In this document: positions 1 to 12,089 of the stretch, piece by piece | Numbering within the stretch: the first letter of the stretch is position 1 | Layout of the letters: every line of letters begins with the position of its first letter | The notes under the pieces: model-generated | The model's database searches: none | The model's input: the letters and a program-made list of their open reading frames with translations, nothing else | Told to the model about the DNA's origin: nothing | From: Chiloscyllium plagiosum | Taxonomy: Eukaryota | Assembly (NCBI RefSeq): GCF_004010195.1 | Contig: NC_057718.1 | Location: 6,767,240-6,831,239 of the forward strand | DNA: 64,000 nt | Reading direction: 5' to 3' | Position numbers and translations under genes: made by a program

Positions 1-423
1 TGGAGGGGGTCGTTAGGGCTGACTGCCTGCCCCTCTTCTGCGGTTACGTTAGGGCCCGGGTGTCCTTGGAGAAGGAGCACGCGGTGTCCACCAACACCCT
101 GGAGTTGTTCAGGGAGAGGTGGGCACCGCAGGGAGTGGAGTGCATTATTTCTCCCTCCAACTCTATTTTGATTTAGTCCCTACCCTCCCCTTCACTGTTT
201 TGATCACACAGCACTGCCCTTTGATGTGAAGGGCAGTATTGTTACTAGCCACCCGGGTGTTTTCCTATCTTCCTGGTGGTGGAATTTGAATAAAGATTCA
301 TGCACTTTGTGTCTTTCACTGAGTCTCACACCTGCACACACACACACCATGGGTCCTGGGGAAAAAATAAGCACTACCGCACTTAGGTGGTAGTGTGGGG
401 ATTTAATTTTAAAAAAAAATAAA
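1..423 (+). mobile_element. Tx1-like (L1 clade) LINE, end of ORF2 plus 3' UTR and A-tail
   Basis: Frame 3..176 reads EGVVRADCLPLFCGYVRARVSLEKEHAVSTNTLELFRERWAPQGVECIISPSNSILI*, resembling Tx1 ORF2 C-termini. AATAAA near 289 and an A-run at 411-423 follow. Confidence 0.65.
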
Positions 424-834
424 TCAGACACTTACAGAGCATTGTCCTTTGATGTGAAGGGCAGTGTTTGTCACTGGCCACTCGGGTGTTTTCCTAAAAA
501 AAAGACAAGAAAAAAAAACTAAAGCAGCATATAATCCCAACCCTATCCTTTCTCTATTATTAAATCTGAAGATCCCATTGTGTTTTAAATTAATGGTTCT
601 GATGAGGGTCAGTGTTCCTGTTACATTAGCTCTGCAAATTCTACTGATGTCCCACACAGTTTATTTGTGGAGACAAGGGTGCACCTCTTGCTTTCAGAGG
701 AAACAGACGCATCTGTCCCAGGTTCATAAAGGCTGAGAAATATTGCCTGACCAAATGCAATTGCGTTTAGAGCTATCGTACAATAAACCTTCATGTTATC
801 TAAGAACTGGGTCTCTTCTGCAGATACTGTATGG

Positions 835-1200
835 TGGTAAGACCATAAAGACCATAAGAAATAGGAACAGGAGTAGACCATTCAACCCCTCAGGTCTGCT
901 CCATAATTCAATAGGATCATGGCTGAGCCAACATTCTCATGCCCATTTTCCTGCCCTTTCCCTGGACCTCTTGATTCCCCAACTGATCAAGAATCTCTCC
1001 ATCTCAACCTTAAATACATACAATGTCTCTGCCCCCACAGCTCTCTGTGACAAGGAGAACCAACGACTCACACCTCTCTGAGAGAAGAAATTCCTCCTCA
1101 GCTCAATCTTAACCTGGTGCTTCTTTATTCTGAGACTATACTCTCTGGTCCGAGACTCTTCCAAGAGGGGAAATACCCTCTCAGCATTAACCCTACCAAG
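835..1200 (-). mobile_element. CR1 LINE 3' fragment
   Basis: Minus ORF ELRRNFFSQRGVSRWFSLSQRAV..FKVEMERFL is the degenerate CR1 ORF2 C-terminus. A short-repeat tail (taagacca) lies at the left edge. Confidence 0.85.
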
Positions 1201-2164
1201 ACCGATGTGATGTACTTGATTGTGTTATCCCTGACATCTTGTGTGTAGTATAAAGTTAAGAGACATGCTCATGAGATCATCACTATATCATAGATTGTAA
1301 CCTGAGAGTATAAAGGTCTCAAACTTGATCTTACTTAGTCATAGTCATAGAGTCAGACATCACAAAAAAAGCCCCTTCAGCCCATTGAGTCCGCACTGAC
1401 AATAACTACCACTAAAGGCAAGCTAATTCCCAATTTCCTGCATATATCCTTGTCCCATATCCTTGAATATTTTGATCTTTCAAGTTTTCATCCACATTAT
1501 TTTTTTTTTAATTATAAGGTTTCTGACCTCCACTACCTTCCCAGGCAGTGCATTCCAGATTCCCCCCCACAGCATGAGTGAATTATTTTTTTCGAAATCC
1601 CCTCTGAATCTCTTGCCCCTTACCCTAAAACTATGCCCCCTCTCGACTGACCCCTCAACCAAGGAGGAACAGCTGCTCTCTACTCACCCTGTCCATACCC
1701 CTTACAATCTTATTCACCTCAATCAAGTCAATCCTCACTTTTCTCTGCTCTAAAGAAAACATTTTAACCTTATCTAAGCTCTTCTTATAGCTCAACTTCT
1801 CCATCCCAGGCAACATCCTGGTGAACCTGCTCTGTAACCCCTCCAGTGCTATCACATCCTTCCTGTCGTGAGGTGACCAGAGCTGCACACAGTCCTCCAG
1901 CTGTGGCCTGACCAACATTCTGTACAACGCCAATGTTACCTCCTTACTCTTATACTCTATACCACAACTGAGGAAAGCAAGTGTCCCATATTCCTTCTTC
2001 ACTATCCTTTTCACGTGCTCCACCAGCTTCAGGAATCTGTGACTAATTACCCCAAGATCCCCCTGTCTCTCTGAGCTATCCCATGTCCTGCCGTTCATTA
2101 AATACTCCCTTATCATGTTTCTTCTTCTAATATGCCTCCCCTCGCACTTATCAGGGTTAAATGT

Positions 2165-2481
2165 GGGTGGGACGGTGGCACAGTGGTTAGCACTGCTGCC
2201 TCACAGCGCCAGAGACCCGGGTTCAATTCCCGCCTCAGGCGACTGACTGTGTGGAGTTTGCACGTTCTCCCCGTGTCTGCTGAGTTTCCTCTGGGTGCTC
2301 CGGTTTCCTCCCACAGTCCAAAGATGTGCAGGTCAGGTGAATTGGCCTTGCTAAATTGCCCGTAGTGTTAGGTAAGGGGTAAATGTAGGGGTATGGGTGG
2401 GGTTACGCTTCGGCGGGTCGGTGTGGACTTGTTGGGCCGAAGGGCCTGTTTCCACACTGTAATGTAATCTAATCTAATCTA
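2165..2481 (+). mobile_element. HE1-type V-SINE, near full length
   Basis: tRNA-like head (TGGCACAGTGG, GGTTCAATTCC), V-domain GTGGAGTTTGCACGTTCTCCCCGTGTCTGC, CR1-like 3' end and (AATCT)n tail. Confidence 0.9.
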
Positions 2482-3464
2482 AAAAATACTATCTGCTAAT
2501 GGTCTGCCCATCTGACCAAACCATCTATATCTTCCTGTAACCGACACCCATTTTCTTCACTATTAACCACCTTATCAATCTTGGTGTCATCTGCAAACTT
2601 GCATAACATTCCCCCCACATTTTCATTACTGTCATATCTGTTTATAACAACCAATAAGGGTCCCAGTACTGATCCTTGTGGTGTACTGATGGACACTGGC
2701 CTCCTGTCACTCAAAACACCTTCTACCACTACCCTTTGTGCCTAATACTAAGCCTGATTATAATTTCTGAATTCCATGTGCTTTAACCTTCTCAATCAGT
2801 CTCCATGCGGAACCCTGTCAAAAGCTTTGCTAAAGTCCAAATTAATTACAACAACTGAAGTTCCCTTTCTACACACTTGATCACATTTTCAAAAAATCTA
2901 ATAAATGTTTGGACATGACCTCCCTCTGACAAAGCCATGCTGACTATCCCTGATTAACCCATGCATTTCCAAGTGGATATTAATTCACTCCTTCAAAATT
3001 TTCTCCAATAGTTTCCCTACGTGAAACTCACTTGTCAGTAATTTCCTGGATCATTGCTGCCATCTTTTTTAACAGTGGAACTACATTAACCATCTTCCAG
3101 TCCTCTGGCACTTACCCCTGAGGCCAAGAAATTGCATCAGAGCCCTTACAAATTCTGACCTCACCCCCCACAGCAGCCTGGGATGCTATTCATCTGTGCC
3201 AGGAGATTCATCTGTTTTTAAGGCTGACAGAGTCTCCTTTGCCTCCCCATTTCATAGGCTAAACTGTGCAAGTTCCCCACAGTCCCTTTGCTGAATTCTG
3301 TACCTACATTCTCCTTTTCTAGAGTGAATACTGAAGAGAAGTATTCAGTTAACACCTTTCCAGCCTGCCTGCAGCTTCACACACAGATTACTCCCATGTT
3401 CCCAAATGAATCTGGCTCTTTCACTGGATAGCTCTTCCCTTTAATGTATTTATAAAATATCTTG

Positions 3465-3714
3465 GGTTTCTCCCTAACCCTAATCACCAGTCCTTTCTCA
3501 CACCCCCTTTTTGCTCTTCTAATCACTTTCTTAAGTTCCCTCCAGTGCTTCCTTGTATTTCTCAAGGGCCACAGTTGAATTGCTCCTTTGGTTTCTCCCT
3601 AACCCTAATCACCAGTCCTTTCTCACACCCCCTTTTTGCTCTTCTAATCACTTTCTTAAGTTCCCTCCTGTGCTTCCTTGTATTTCTCAAGGGCCACAGT
3701 TGAATTGCTCATTT
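3465..3714. repeat. 125-bp tandem duplication inside CR1
   Basis: GTTTCTCCCTAACCCTAATCACC starts at 3466 and again at 3591. The two copies differ at about 2 positions. Confidence 0.95.
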
Positions 3715-4914
3715 GGATTTGCTGAAGGTTTTTCTCTTCATTCTCATCTTGTCCTGAATTGTCCTCGATATCCAGGATTCTCTGAACTTGTTGCTGCTGT
3801 ATTTTCTCCTGACAGCTACATGTTGGACCTGTACTCTCCCCAGCTTCTTTCTCAATGCTCTCTTCCAAGTCTACTGTCGCCAGATCTTGCTTTATTTTAA
3901 TAAAATCTGCCTTCCCCCTGTCCAAAACCATCTGTTGCATTTTCCTTTTCCAGAGCAAATTTGAACCAAACCATGTTGTGATCACTACTGCCTAAATGCT
4001 CCCCCACTGCCACATTGAACACTTGCTCAGCTTATATCCCCAGATCCAAATCCAGCAGTGCACTGTCACTTGTTGGGCCTTCTACATATTGATACAAAAT
4101 AACCCTGGATACATTTTAAGAAATCCACTCCCTCTAAACTCTTCACACTATGACTATCCCAATTTGTGTTGGGAAAGTTAAAATCCCCTTGTATAATTTC
4201 CCAATTATTACTCTTACACACCTCTGTGAACTGTCTGCATATTTGCTCCTGTATTTCCCGTTAGTCTTTGAAAGCCTATAATACATTCCCAGTGACATGA
4301 CTGCCCCATTAACATGGCTACGTTCTACCCACAATGCATTCTTTGAAGATCCTTCCAAGATATTATCTCTCCTAATTGCGGTAATTGTCTCCTTAATTAA
4401 CAATGCTACACCACCACCTTCTATCTCACCGAAAGATGTTATACTCTGGAGTTAAGTTTCCAGCCCTGTCCTTCCCTCAACCATATTTCTATGATGGCAA
4501 CAACATCACACTTCTGTGTGGAAATTGATCTGTAAGACCAGGCTACCATGGAGTGCACAGAAAGTGAGATTCAACCACTAACGAGTTGCTGATTGTTCTG
4601 TACAGTGATGGTCAGTTGTCAATAATAAAAGCTTTCTGCCTGACAACAACTATGTTACTGACTCCCGGGAAGTTGAAAAGCTTATGGGAATGACGAAGAA
4701 AGCTTTGGACCTCTGAAAAGGAAGGTTTGTGACTCTACAGGAAAAGAAAAGATAAAGCCGGAGGAAAGCCAAACTTTTCCCCCTTACAAAACTGCTGAAA
4801 GCAGATGCTTTTAATCAATAAGTCAGAGACTTCATAGGTTGTGAACCAGTTGCTCTGTGCCTCCTGTGGGAACATGAAAATACCTGGAGAAGAGAGAGGT
4901 TGATGAACAGCAAG

Positions 4915-5410
4915 TCATAGAGTCATAGAAATGTACAGAACAGAAACAGACCCTTCAGTCCAACGTGTCCATGCTGACCAGATATCCGAAATAAATCTAG
5001 TCCCATTTGCCAGCATTTGGCCCATATCCTTCTAGACCCTCCTTATTCATACACCATCCAGATGCCTTTTAAATGCCGTAATTGTACCAGCCTCCACCAC
5101 CTCCTCTGGCAGCTCATTCCATGCACTCATTACTCGCTACATGAAAAAGTTGCACATTTAGTTCCCTTCTGGATCTTTCTCCTCTCGCCTTAACCAATGC
5201 CCTCTAGTTTTGGAGACCCCTACCTCAGGGAAAAGACCTTGTCTATTCACCCTATTCATGCCCGTCACGATTTTATAAACCTGCATGAGGTCACCCCTCA
5301 GCCTCCTACATTCCAGGGAAAACAGCCCCAACCTGTTCAGCCTCTCTCTGTCGCTCAAACATTCCAAACCTGGCAACATCCTTGTAAATATTTCCTGAAC
5401 ACTTTAAAGT
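4915..5410 (-). mobile_element. CR1 LINE 3' fragment
   Basis: Minus ORF MLPGLECLSDRERLNRLGLFSLECRRLRGDLMQVYKI, with an (agtcatag) tail. Confidence 0.9.
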
Positions 5411-5639
5411 TTCTTAAAAGGATTATCTCAACGAACCCTGTGGACAGGACTGGTAAATTAAGTTCCCAGATTTTCCTTCCATTCATAACACTAATATTTT
5501 TTGTATCTGTCTTCAAATATGGGTAGGGAGAAGTTTATAGAGGGGCGGCTACAGCTTTAACAATGGAGTTATATGTCATCAAGTCATTATTGTTTACCTG
5601 TAAAAAGAACACATTTATTTCTAATAAATAGCAACTCTT

Positions 5640-6118
5640 GAGAACACAGAAACATGGAAAACAGATGCAGGAGTAGGCCATTTGGCCATTTGAGCCTGCC
5701 CCACTATTCAGTATGATCATGGGTAACTCTGCATTCTCAGTATCCCATCCCCACTTTTTCCTCCAACCACTTGATCCCTTTAGCTGCAAGCGCCACGTCC
5801 AGCTCCCTCTTGAGTATGTCTGACAATCTGTTCCCAACACCTTTCTGTGGGAGAGAATTCCATAGGTTCACAACTCTTTGAGTGAAGGCATTCTTTCTCA
5901 ACTCAGTCCTGAATGGCTTACCTTTTATCCTTAGACTTGTTAACTATATTCAAAGCTGAGATAGACAGATTTTTTTGATCAGGGAGGGAATCAAGGATTA
6001 TGGGGAAAAGACAGGAAGGTGGAGTTGAGAATGATCAGATCAGCCATGGTCTCGGTGAACAGTGGAGCAGACTCAGTGGCTGAATGGCCTACTTCTGTTC
6101 CTATATCTTATGGTCTTA
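5640..6118. mobile_element. Two CR1 3'-end fragments in opposite orientation (minus 5640-5940, plus 5945-6118)
   Basis: The motif GGAGTAGGCCATT at about 5670 and its reverse-complement form AATGGCCTACTTC at about 6083. Confidence 0.75.
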
Positions 6119-6350
6119 AAGAAACCTGATCTGTGTTTTCTGTCAACCTGAGCCCAAACGATGGGGACATTTGGGAACTCGGCATAGTTTTATGAAGTCT
6201 TTGACATTGATGATGAGTCTGGGAGTAGCAGAGTTTGATTTCCACTGTGCTCCCCGAATCTGGACACAGCATGCAGCATTGGGCTGGATGGTTTTCAGAT
6301 GAATACAAGATAAACTGGAGTGGTGAGGATGATTCTGCAAAAACCTTCAA

Positions 6351-6630
6351 GTAGCATAGCATTCCAACCTGAACTCTATCAGCAAACACATTGACTTGGA
6401 TCCAATTTACCATCCCCTGAGAAAAAGAACAGGAAATGACATCACCATAGGAAATGACGTCACCACAGGAAATGACATCACCAACCCAAGGAAATTTAGA
6501 CATATAAATAGAAAGCAGGCTACACCACCAGTACTTCGTTCGGGGGCTTACTGAAGATGTTACCTAGCATGATGACGAAACGTCTGAAAATGAACCTTCC
6601 AGCTCAGTGATCAAACCTACATCCAAAAAT
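6351..6630 (+). mobile_element. Penelope-like element 3' end/pLTR (second family)
   Basis: Reads A*HSNLNSISKHIDLDPIYHPLR, like the GIY-YIG C-terminal EAWHS..SIN motif, then an 18-bp repeat x3 and a hammerhead motif. Confidence 0.75.
6551..6584 (+). ncRNA. Minimal hammerhead ribozyme motif (imperfect stem II)
   Basis: CUGAAGA-U-GUUACC-UAGCA-UGAUGAC-GAA-ACGU-C: both core boxes present, palindromic ACGU and a GUC triplet. Confidence 0.6.
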
Positions 6631-6817
6631 CCTTCAGGGCAGCCAAGTGTTTGGGGGGAGGCATTAGGAAGGGGAAGGTGGTTTTAACTGAGAGCAATGG
6701 AGTGAAATGGCAGTTCCACTTGGCTGTGCATTTTGTGGCACAATATTCCCACACTTTGAGCAGGTCGGGATGCAAAATGGACCTACAATTGAACTCCATC
6801 TTCCACTGTGACCTTGA

Positions 6818-7148
6818 GTTCATAGAATCCCTACATCATGGAAGCAGCTCAGTTAGCCCAATGAGTCCACACCGACCCTCCGGAGAGCATCTCATCCCAT
6901 TCCTGTAACCCTGCATGCCTCATGGCCAACCCACCGTGCTTGCACACCCATTGGCACTATAGTATGACCAATCCACCTGACTGCACATCTTTGAATTGTG
7001 GGAGGAAACCGGAGCACCCACAGGAAACCCCACGCAGACACAGGGAGAATGTGCAAAGTCTACACAGACAGTTGCCCGAGGGTGGAATCGAATCCGCGTC
7101 CCTGGCGCTGTGAGGCAGCAGTGCTAACCACTGAGCCACCGTGCCATC
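6818..7148 (-). mobile_element. HE1-type SINE
   Basis: Reverse complement of the HE1 head and V-domain (GGGAGAATGTGCAAA..TGAGGCAGCAGTGCTAACCAC). Confidence 0.88.
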
Positions 7149-7821
7149 CACAATGTTGCAAAGAGCCCCACAACATTTATTGAACCAACAGGTAATTTGG
7201 GGCTAATGGCATTTTCTTATTTGTTTTGTTAAGACTGCAACAACGTTAGCATAACCGCGAATTCGTATCTGAGTGCAAGAAGTTCCCTGATGGTTTTGTA
7301 ATCCTGAAGTGTTTTGTTTCTCTGACTGACAGCTGGGTGAATATTGGAATTGATTAAAAACCAGATGTGTTGAAGCACTGAAGTCTTGAAAACTCAGTAA
7401 TGAATATTAAACACTGTAGAATGAAAACACACAGGCTACTGGGTAGACCACTGAGAGACTAATATTTATCTTTTTGGGTAAGTCAGAACTGCATTAGGGA
7501 TGAACCAATTTGATCAGAAGAGAAGTACAGATATGTTAAACAGTGAAACAAAATATATCTGTGCTGCTATGTATGCTTTGCATTTTAATTTTAGTTTCTG
7601 AGTCACACAACAGGAGGCTATTCAGACCAGCGTCTCATTAAAAGAGCTATCTGATTAGTCAGAAGTTAATTTTCTTCCTATAACCTTGACATTTGTGTGT
7701 TTTTTTTATTTTCAGGTATAAATATGCCACCCTTTCAAATATTCTAGTTGAATCTGCTACATTCTCCTTTTCAGGCAGTATGTTCTCGATCACAGTGTGT
7801 TGAGTAAAATATTTTGAAAAT

Positions 7822-8408
7822 TTATTCACAGGAATGAGGGTGTCGCTGGCTTAGCCAACGTTTATTGCCCAGAGCCAACCCTATTGGTGTGGGTGTGGAG
7901 TCACATGTAGGCCAGACCAGGAAAGGACAGCAGTTTCCTTTACAAATGGGTATTAATGAGTCAGTTGGGCTCTTCCTGACAATCATAGAGGCCCTACAGT
8001 GGGGAAACAGGCCATTCACCTTCCAGTCCACACTAACCCCATGAACATCATCCCACCCAGTTCCAGCCTATCCCTGTAACCCTGCAACTCCCTATGGCCA
8101 ATCCATCTAACCTGCACGTCTTTGAACTGTAGGAGGATACTGGGAGGATGTGCAAACACCACACAGCCATTTGCCCAAGGCTGGAATTGAACTCAGGTCC
8201 ATAGTGCTGTGAGGCAGCAGTGCTAACCAGTGAGCCACCAAATCAACAATGGATTTGCGATGATCGTCAAATTCTTAACTCTAGATTGTTATTGGATTCA
8301 AATTCCATCACCTACTACAGTAGGATTTGAACCTGTGTCCCCAGAATATTACCTGGATCTCTGAATTAACAGTCCAGTGATAATTCCACTAAGCCATTCC
8401 CTCCCCCA
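7822..8408 (-). mobile_element. Second tRNA-derived SINE family (possibly Meta-domain type), interrupted by an HE1 copy at about 7985-8240
   Basis: Core GGAGTCACATGTAGGCCAGACCAGG..AAGGA..GCAG recurs at about 9060-9385, 12723-13050, 16275-16618, 33915-34075, 41890-42215, 42578-42890 and 43515-44140. Confidence 0.75.
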
Positions 8409-8479
8409 TGGGATATGTCCAGTCAAATTCCCTTTTTACAACTGTGATTATTCCCATTGCAGAAATTTGAAGAACACTT

Positions 8480-8910
8480 TTAACCCATTTAGGCCTGTCC
8501 TCTTTAGAGTTTAGAAGAATGAGTGAAGATCGAATTGAGTAATACAAGGTGCTTGAGGGAATTGAGAAAGTAGATAAGAGAGGATATTTCTCCCGGTGGG
8601 GTAATCTAGAACAAGAGGTCGCAGTTTTCGGGTCAGGGGCAGCAACTTTATCATAGAAATAAGAAGAAATTACTTCTCCCAAAGGATCATGAATCTGTGG
8701 AATTCACTATCCCAGAGTGCAGTGGATGCTGATCCTGAGTAAATTTAAGGAGGAAATAGATGTTTAATTTGTAATGGGTTGAAGGGTTATAGAGAGCAAG
8801 CAGGAAAGTAGAAGCGAAGCCAAGATGTGCTCAGCCACGACCGTATTAAATGACGGAGCGGGCTCAAGAGGCTGTAGGGCCTCCTCCTGCTCCTACGTCT
8901 TAAGTTCATT
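8480..8910 (+). mobile_element. CR1 LINE 3' fragment
   Basis: TTAGAGTTTAGAAGAATGAG..GAATCTGTGGAATTCACT pattern followed by a CR1 3' UTR. Confidence 0.8.
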
Positions 8911-9449
8911 GGGACACTTTATGTCACACCCCTAGAGCAGACAGAACTTCAACCAATGTGAGTAAAATGGGTCTGGGTGGGTTACTCTTCGGAGGGTCGG
9001 TGTGGACTTGTTGGGCTGAAGGGCCTGTTTCCACACTGTAGGTAATTTAATCCAATCTACTCACTGGCAAGGCCAACAATTATTACCCTGTCCCTAATTG
9101 AAGTTAAGAGTCAATCATGTTGCTGTGGGTCTGGGAATCACATATAGGTCAGACCAGGTAAGGATGGAAGATTTCCTTCCCTAAAGGGCATCAGTGAACC
9201 AGATGGAATTTTGTTTTACAACAATCTACAGGGATTACATGGTTTTTATACTCCCAGTTTTTTTTTAAATTGAATTGAAATTTTACCATCTGTCATTGTG
9301 GGATTTGAAAGTAAGTGCTCACAACACTAGCCTGGGTCTCTGGATTGTGTGTCATGTCATTTAACCACAACAGCACTGCCTCAGGCTTTTAGCTGAATAG
9401 CACACTGCCTTGCCTCTGTTCAAGGACCTCATCAATCCAAATCTGCTGA

Positions 9450-9550
9450 ATGAGCTCCACAGCCAATCAGAGCAACTTTATTGCACATCAGCAGTCACCA
9501 TGGTGGCGCTGATGTGCAATAAAGTTGCTATGATTGGCTGTGGATCTCAT
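9450..9550. repeat. 101-bp near-perfect palindrome without a spacer
   Basis: Left arm ATGAGCTCCACAGCCAATCAGAGCAACTTTATTGCACATCAGCAGTCACCA versus the reverse complement of the right arm ATGAGATCCACAGCCAATCATAGCAACTTTATTGCACATCAGCGCCACCA: 3 mismatches and 1 indel. Confidence 0.95.
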
Positions 9551-10151
9551 ATTGTCACTGGATCCCAAAGCCTCAGGTGACTGATGGTAGCAACAGCACT
9601 GTCAAGTGTGGGGCACTGCAGGACACAGGGGAAGGGAATTAATGCCAATTGCCAACACCGGGCCCTGAGGATCATAAGTGGGCATTACTTGACCACCCGG
9701 TCCCCAATGTGACCTTCCCACCATGAACCCAATTGGCTTGGAGGTGAGAAGATTCCCTAGCAGTCACCTTCCCACCTGACCAAATGCCCCCACCACAGGG
9801 GAGAGCTTTACACAGCTCCCATGTTTTCTGTCTCCATTAGCCTGTCCAAACATGTGAGTTAACCTATTTTTTTAATTCCAAAATCTCATCAGCCTTTGGA
9901 GAGGATGAAATTGAATGGAAACTCGGCTCGGCTTGGATGAAATGATGTCAACAAAGAAAACCTGTTCCTCTCAGCTGACAGCACATGAATCAGGTTGAAG
10001 GCTTGAGCAAGGCATATGGAGGACTGACAGAGTACAATGGATGCTGGGACATTGCGTACGTTGAACAGGGACAAATGGGTTGAAGGGTTATGGGAAGTGG
10101 GCAGGACAGTAGAGTTGAGGCTTAGATGATGTCAACCAGGATCATATCATG

Positions 10152-10304
10152 TGTTGCTGGAAAAGCGCAGCAGGTTAGGCTGCATCCAAGGAGCATGCCC
10201 GAAACGTCGATTCTCCTGCTCCTTGGATGCTGCCTGACCTGCTGCGCTTTTCCAGCAACACATTTTCAGCTCTGATCTCCAGCATCTGCAGTCCTCACTT
10301 TGTC
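10152..10304. mobile_element. Fold-back Penelope pLTR insertion with 16-bp TSD
   Basis: TGTTGCTGGAAAAGCGCAGCAGG and its reverse complement in one insert. CCAGGATCATATCATG flanks it at 10136-10151 and 10305-10320. Confidence 0.85.
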
Positions 10305-10374
10305 CCAGGATCATATCATGGATTGTATCAGACAGAGAAGGCTTCCAGGGCTGAATAGCATACTCCCTGTTTTA

Positions 10375-10750
10375 AACCTGTTACCCTTTAAACTTGAACT
10401 ATGATCTCTCAATCTACTTTGCCCCACTTGAGGAAACATCGTCTCTATATCCATTTTTGTCAATCCCCTTTAGCATCGGCTATACCTCAATTAGATCTCC
10501 TCTCATTCTACTAAACCCCAGCATATAGGCCTAAACTGCTCAATCTCTCTTCAAACAACAAACTTCTCACCTCTAGAATCAACCTAGTGAGCCTCCTCTG
10601 AACTGCATCCAATGTAACAACATCCCTCCTCAAGTAAGGAAACAAAAACTGTACACAACGCTCCAGATGCTGTCTCACTGATGCCTTGTACAGTTGCAGC
10701 AACATCTCCCAACTCTTAGACTCTATCCCCTTAGCAATAAATGTCAAAGC
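10375..10750 (-). mobile_element. CR1 LINE fragment
   Basis: Minus ORF LTFIAKGIESKSWEMLLQLYKASVRQHLERCVQF. Confidence 0.85.
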
Positions 10751-12089
10751 AATTGAAATTGCCGTGTACAGGGCAGTGGAAGCGGAAACAATCAAATGAT
10801 TTTGAAAGGCATTTTCAGGAAATGAACCTGCTGCATGGATAAAACAGAGCGATGGGACTACTTGGATCTTTCTACAGACGGCATTGACCAGCTAGGCAGA
10901 ATGGCTTCCTTCTGTGCCATAATAACTGAATGGTTCCGTGACTAACCTCTTCCAACCAAAAACTTAATTGTCTAAGGGCAAAAGAGCACAGACTCTGGAA
11001 AGCTGAAACGAACACAGAGACTGCTGGAGAAACAGAGTTAAACAGAGTCTACTGTAACTGTTCTTCAGAAGTTTAGTATTTCTAAGGAAGAATCACCCTG
11101 AACCCAAAACGATTACTCTGTTTGTCGCTCCACAGATACTGCCAGAGCTGCTGAGATCCTCCTGCAATTTCTGTTTATGTTACAAAATAGAAACATAGAA
11201 AAACATCAAAAACACAAGTTAGAGTCAGCTATTCAGCCCTTCGAGGATGCTGCACCATTCAATATGATCATGGCTGATCATCCAACTCAGTCCCCTGTTT
11301 GCTCCCTCATATCTTATGATCCCTTTAGCCCTATAAACTATATCTAACCTCCTTCTTGAAAACAATCAGTGCTTTGCCCTCAACCACTAGCCAGTGATGC
11401 CCAGTTGGATGAAAATAAAAAATATTAAATGATAAAGCAGGTTTGAGGAGGCTGCCTCTTGCTTCTGATTCACTTGTTCAAATGTTGCGTCAGGGAACAA
11501 ATCTTGAGTTGGCAAATGGTTTGAAGATTCCAAGACTCTGGTCTGATTAAAATCATCTGTCTCCCTGATTTCATTATTGACTGGGAACAGAAGACTGTGA
11601 AGAATTTGACACTGCTGGTGTTTATTAGGGAAAGGGAAGCGTCCTGCCAGGTCCCATATGCGACCCTGCCCATTTTGACTTTGTTGATGTGGTCAGGTTG
11701 AACCACAACTGGGATTCATATTTTAGTTACTTGCTTCATTTCACCTCGGAGGTGAAGCTAATTACAACCTAACTCTCTGTTCGCTGTAAAGCTCACAGCT
11801 AGCACCTTCATGAACACATATAGATTCCACACTGCATTTCAATATCAACAGCAGGGGCAGGTTTATCCCCCTGGGCTGCAGGACACCTTTTTTCATTTAT
11901 TCACAGGATGTGGACATCGCTGGCTGGGCCAGCATTTATTGCCCGTCCCTAGTTGCCCTTGAGAAGGTGGGAGTGAGCTGCTTTCTTGAATCATCGCAGC
12001 CCATGTGCTGTAGATAGACCCACAATGCTCTGAGGGATGGAATTCGAGGATTTTGACCCAGTGACAGGGACCGGCTCCAAGCCTTTCTG

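Larger units (their letters stand above)
1337..4510 (-). mobile_element. Long degenerate CR1 LINE (endonuclease region, RT and 3' tail), interrupted by an HE1 SINE
   Basis: Minus ORFs contain ALWVE..LGMYYR (endonuclease), PQGSVLGPLL..KFADDTKI (RT) and LVRPQLEDCVQLWSP..RFTRMLPGM, with many stops and frameshifts. Confidence 0.92.

Noticed and set aside
2165..2240. tRNA gene calls at SINE heads
   Set aside because: The A/B boxes run straight into the SINE body and tail, so these are tRNA-derived SINEs.
1206..4547. Short solo LTR split by the long CR1 (TG at 1206, CA near 4547)
   Set aside because: No TSD or second copy is visible in the window, so it cannot be supported.
5535..5597. Candidate terminal exon VNNNDLMTYNSIVKAVAAPL
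   Set aside because: Supported only by one acceptor-like site between two CR1 fragments.
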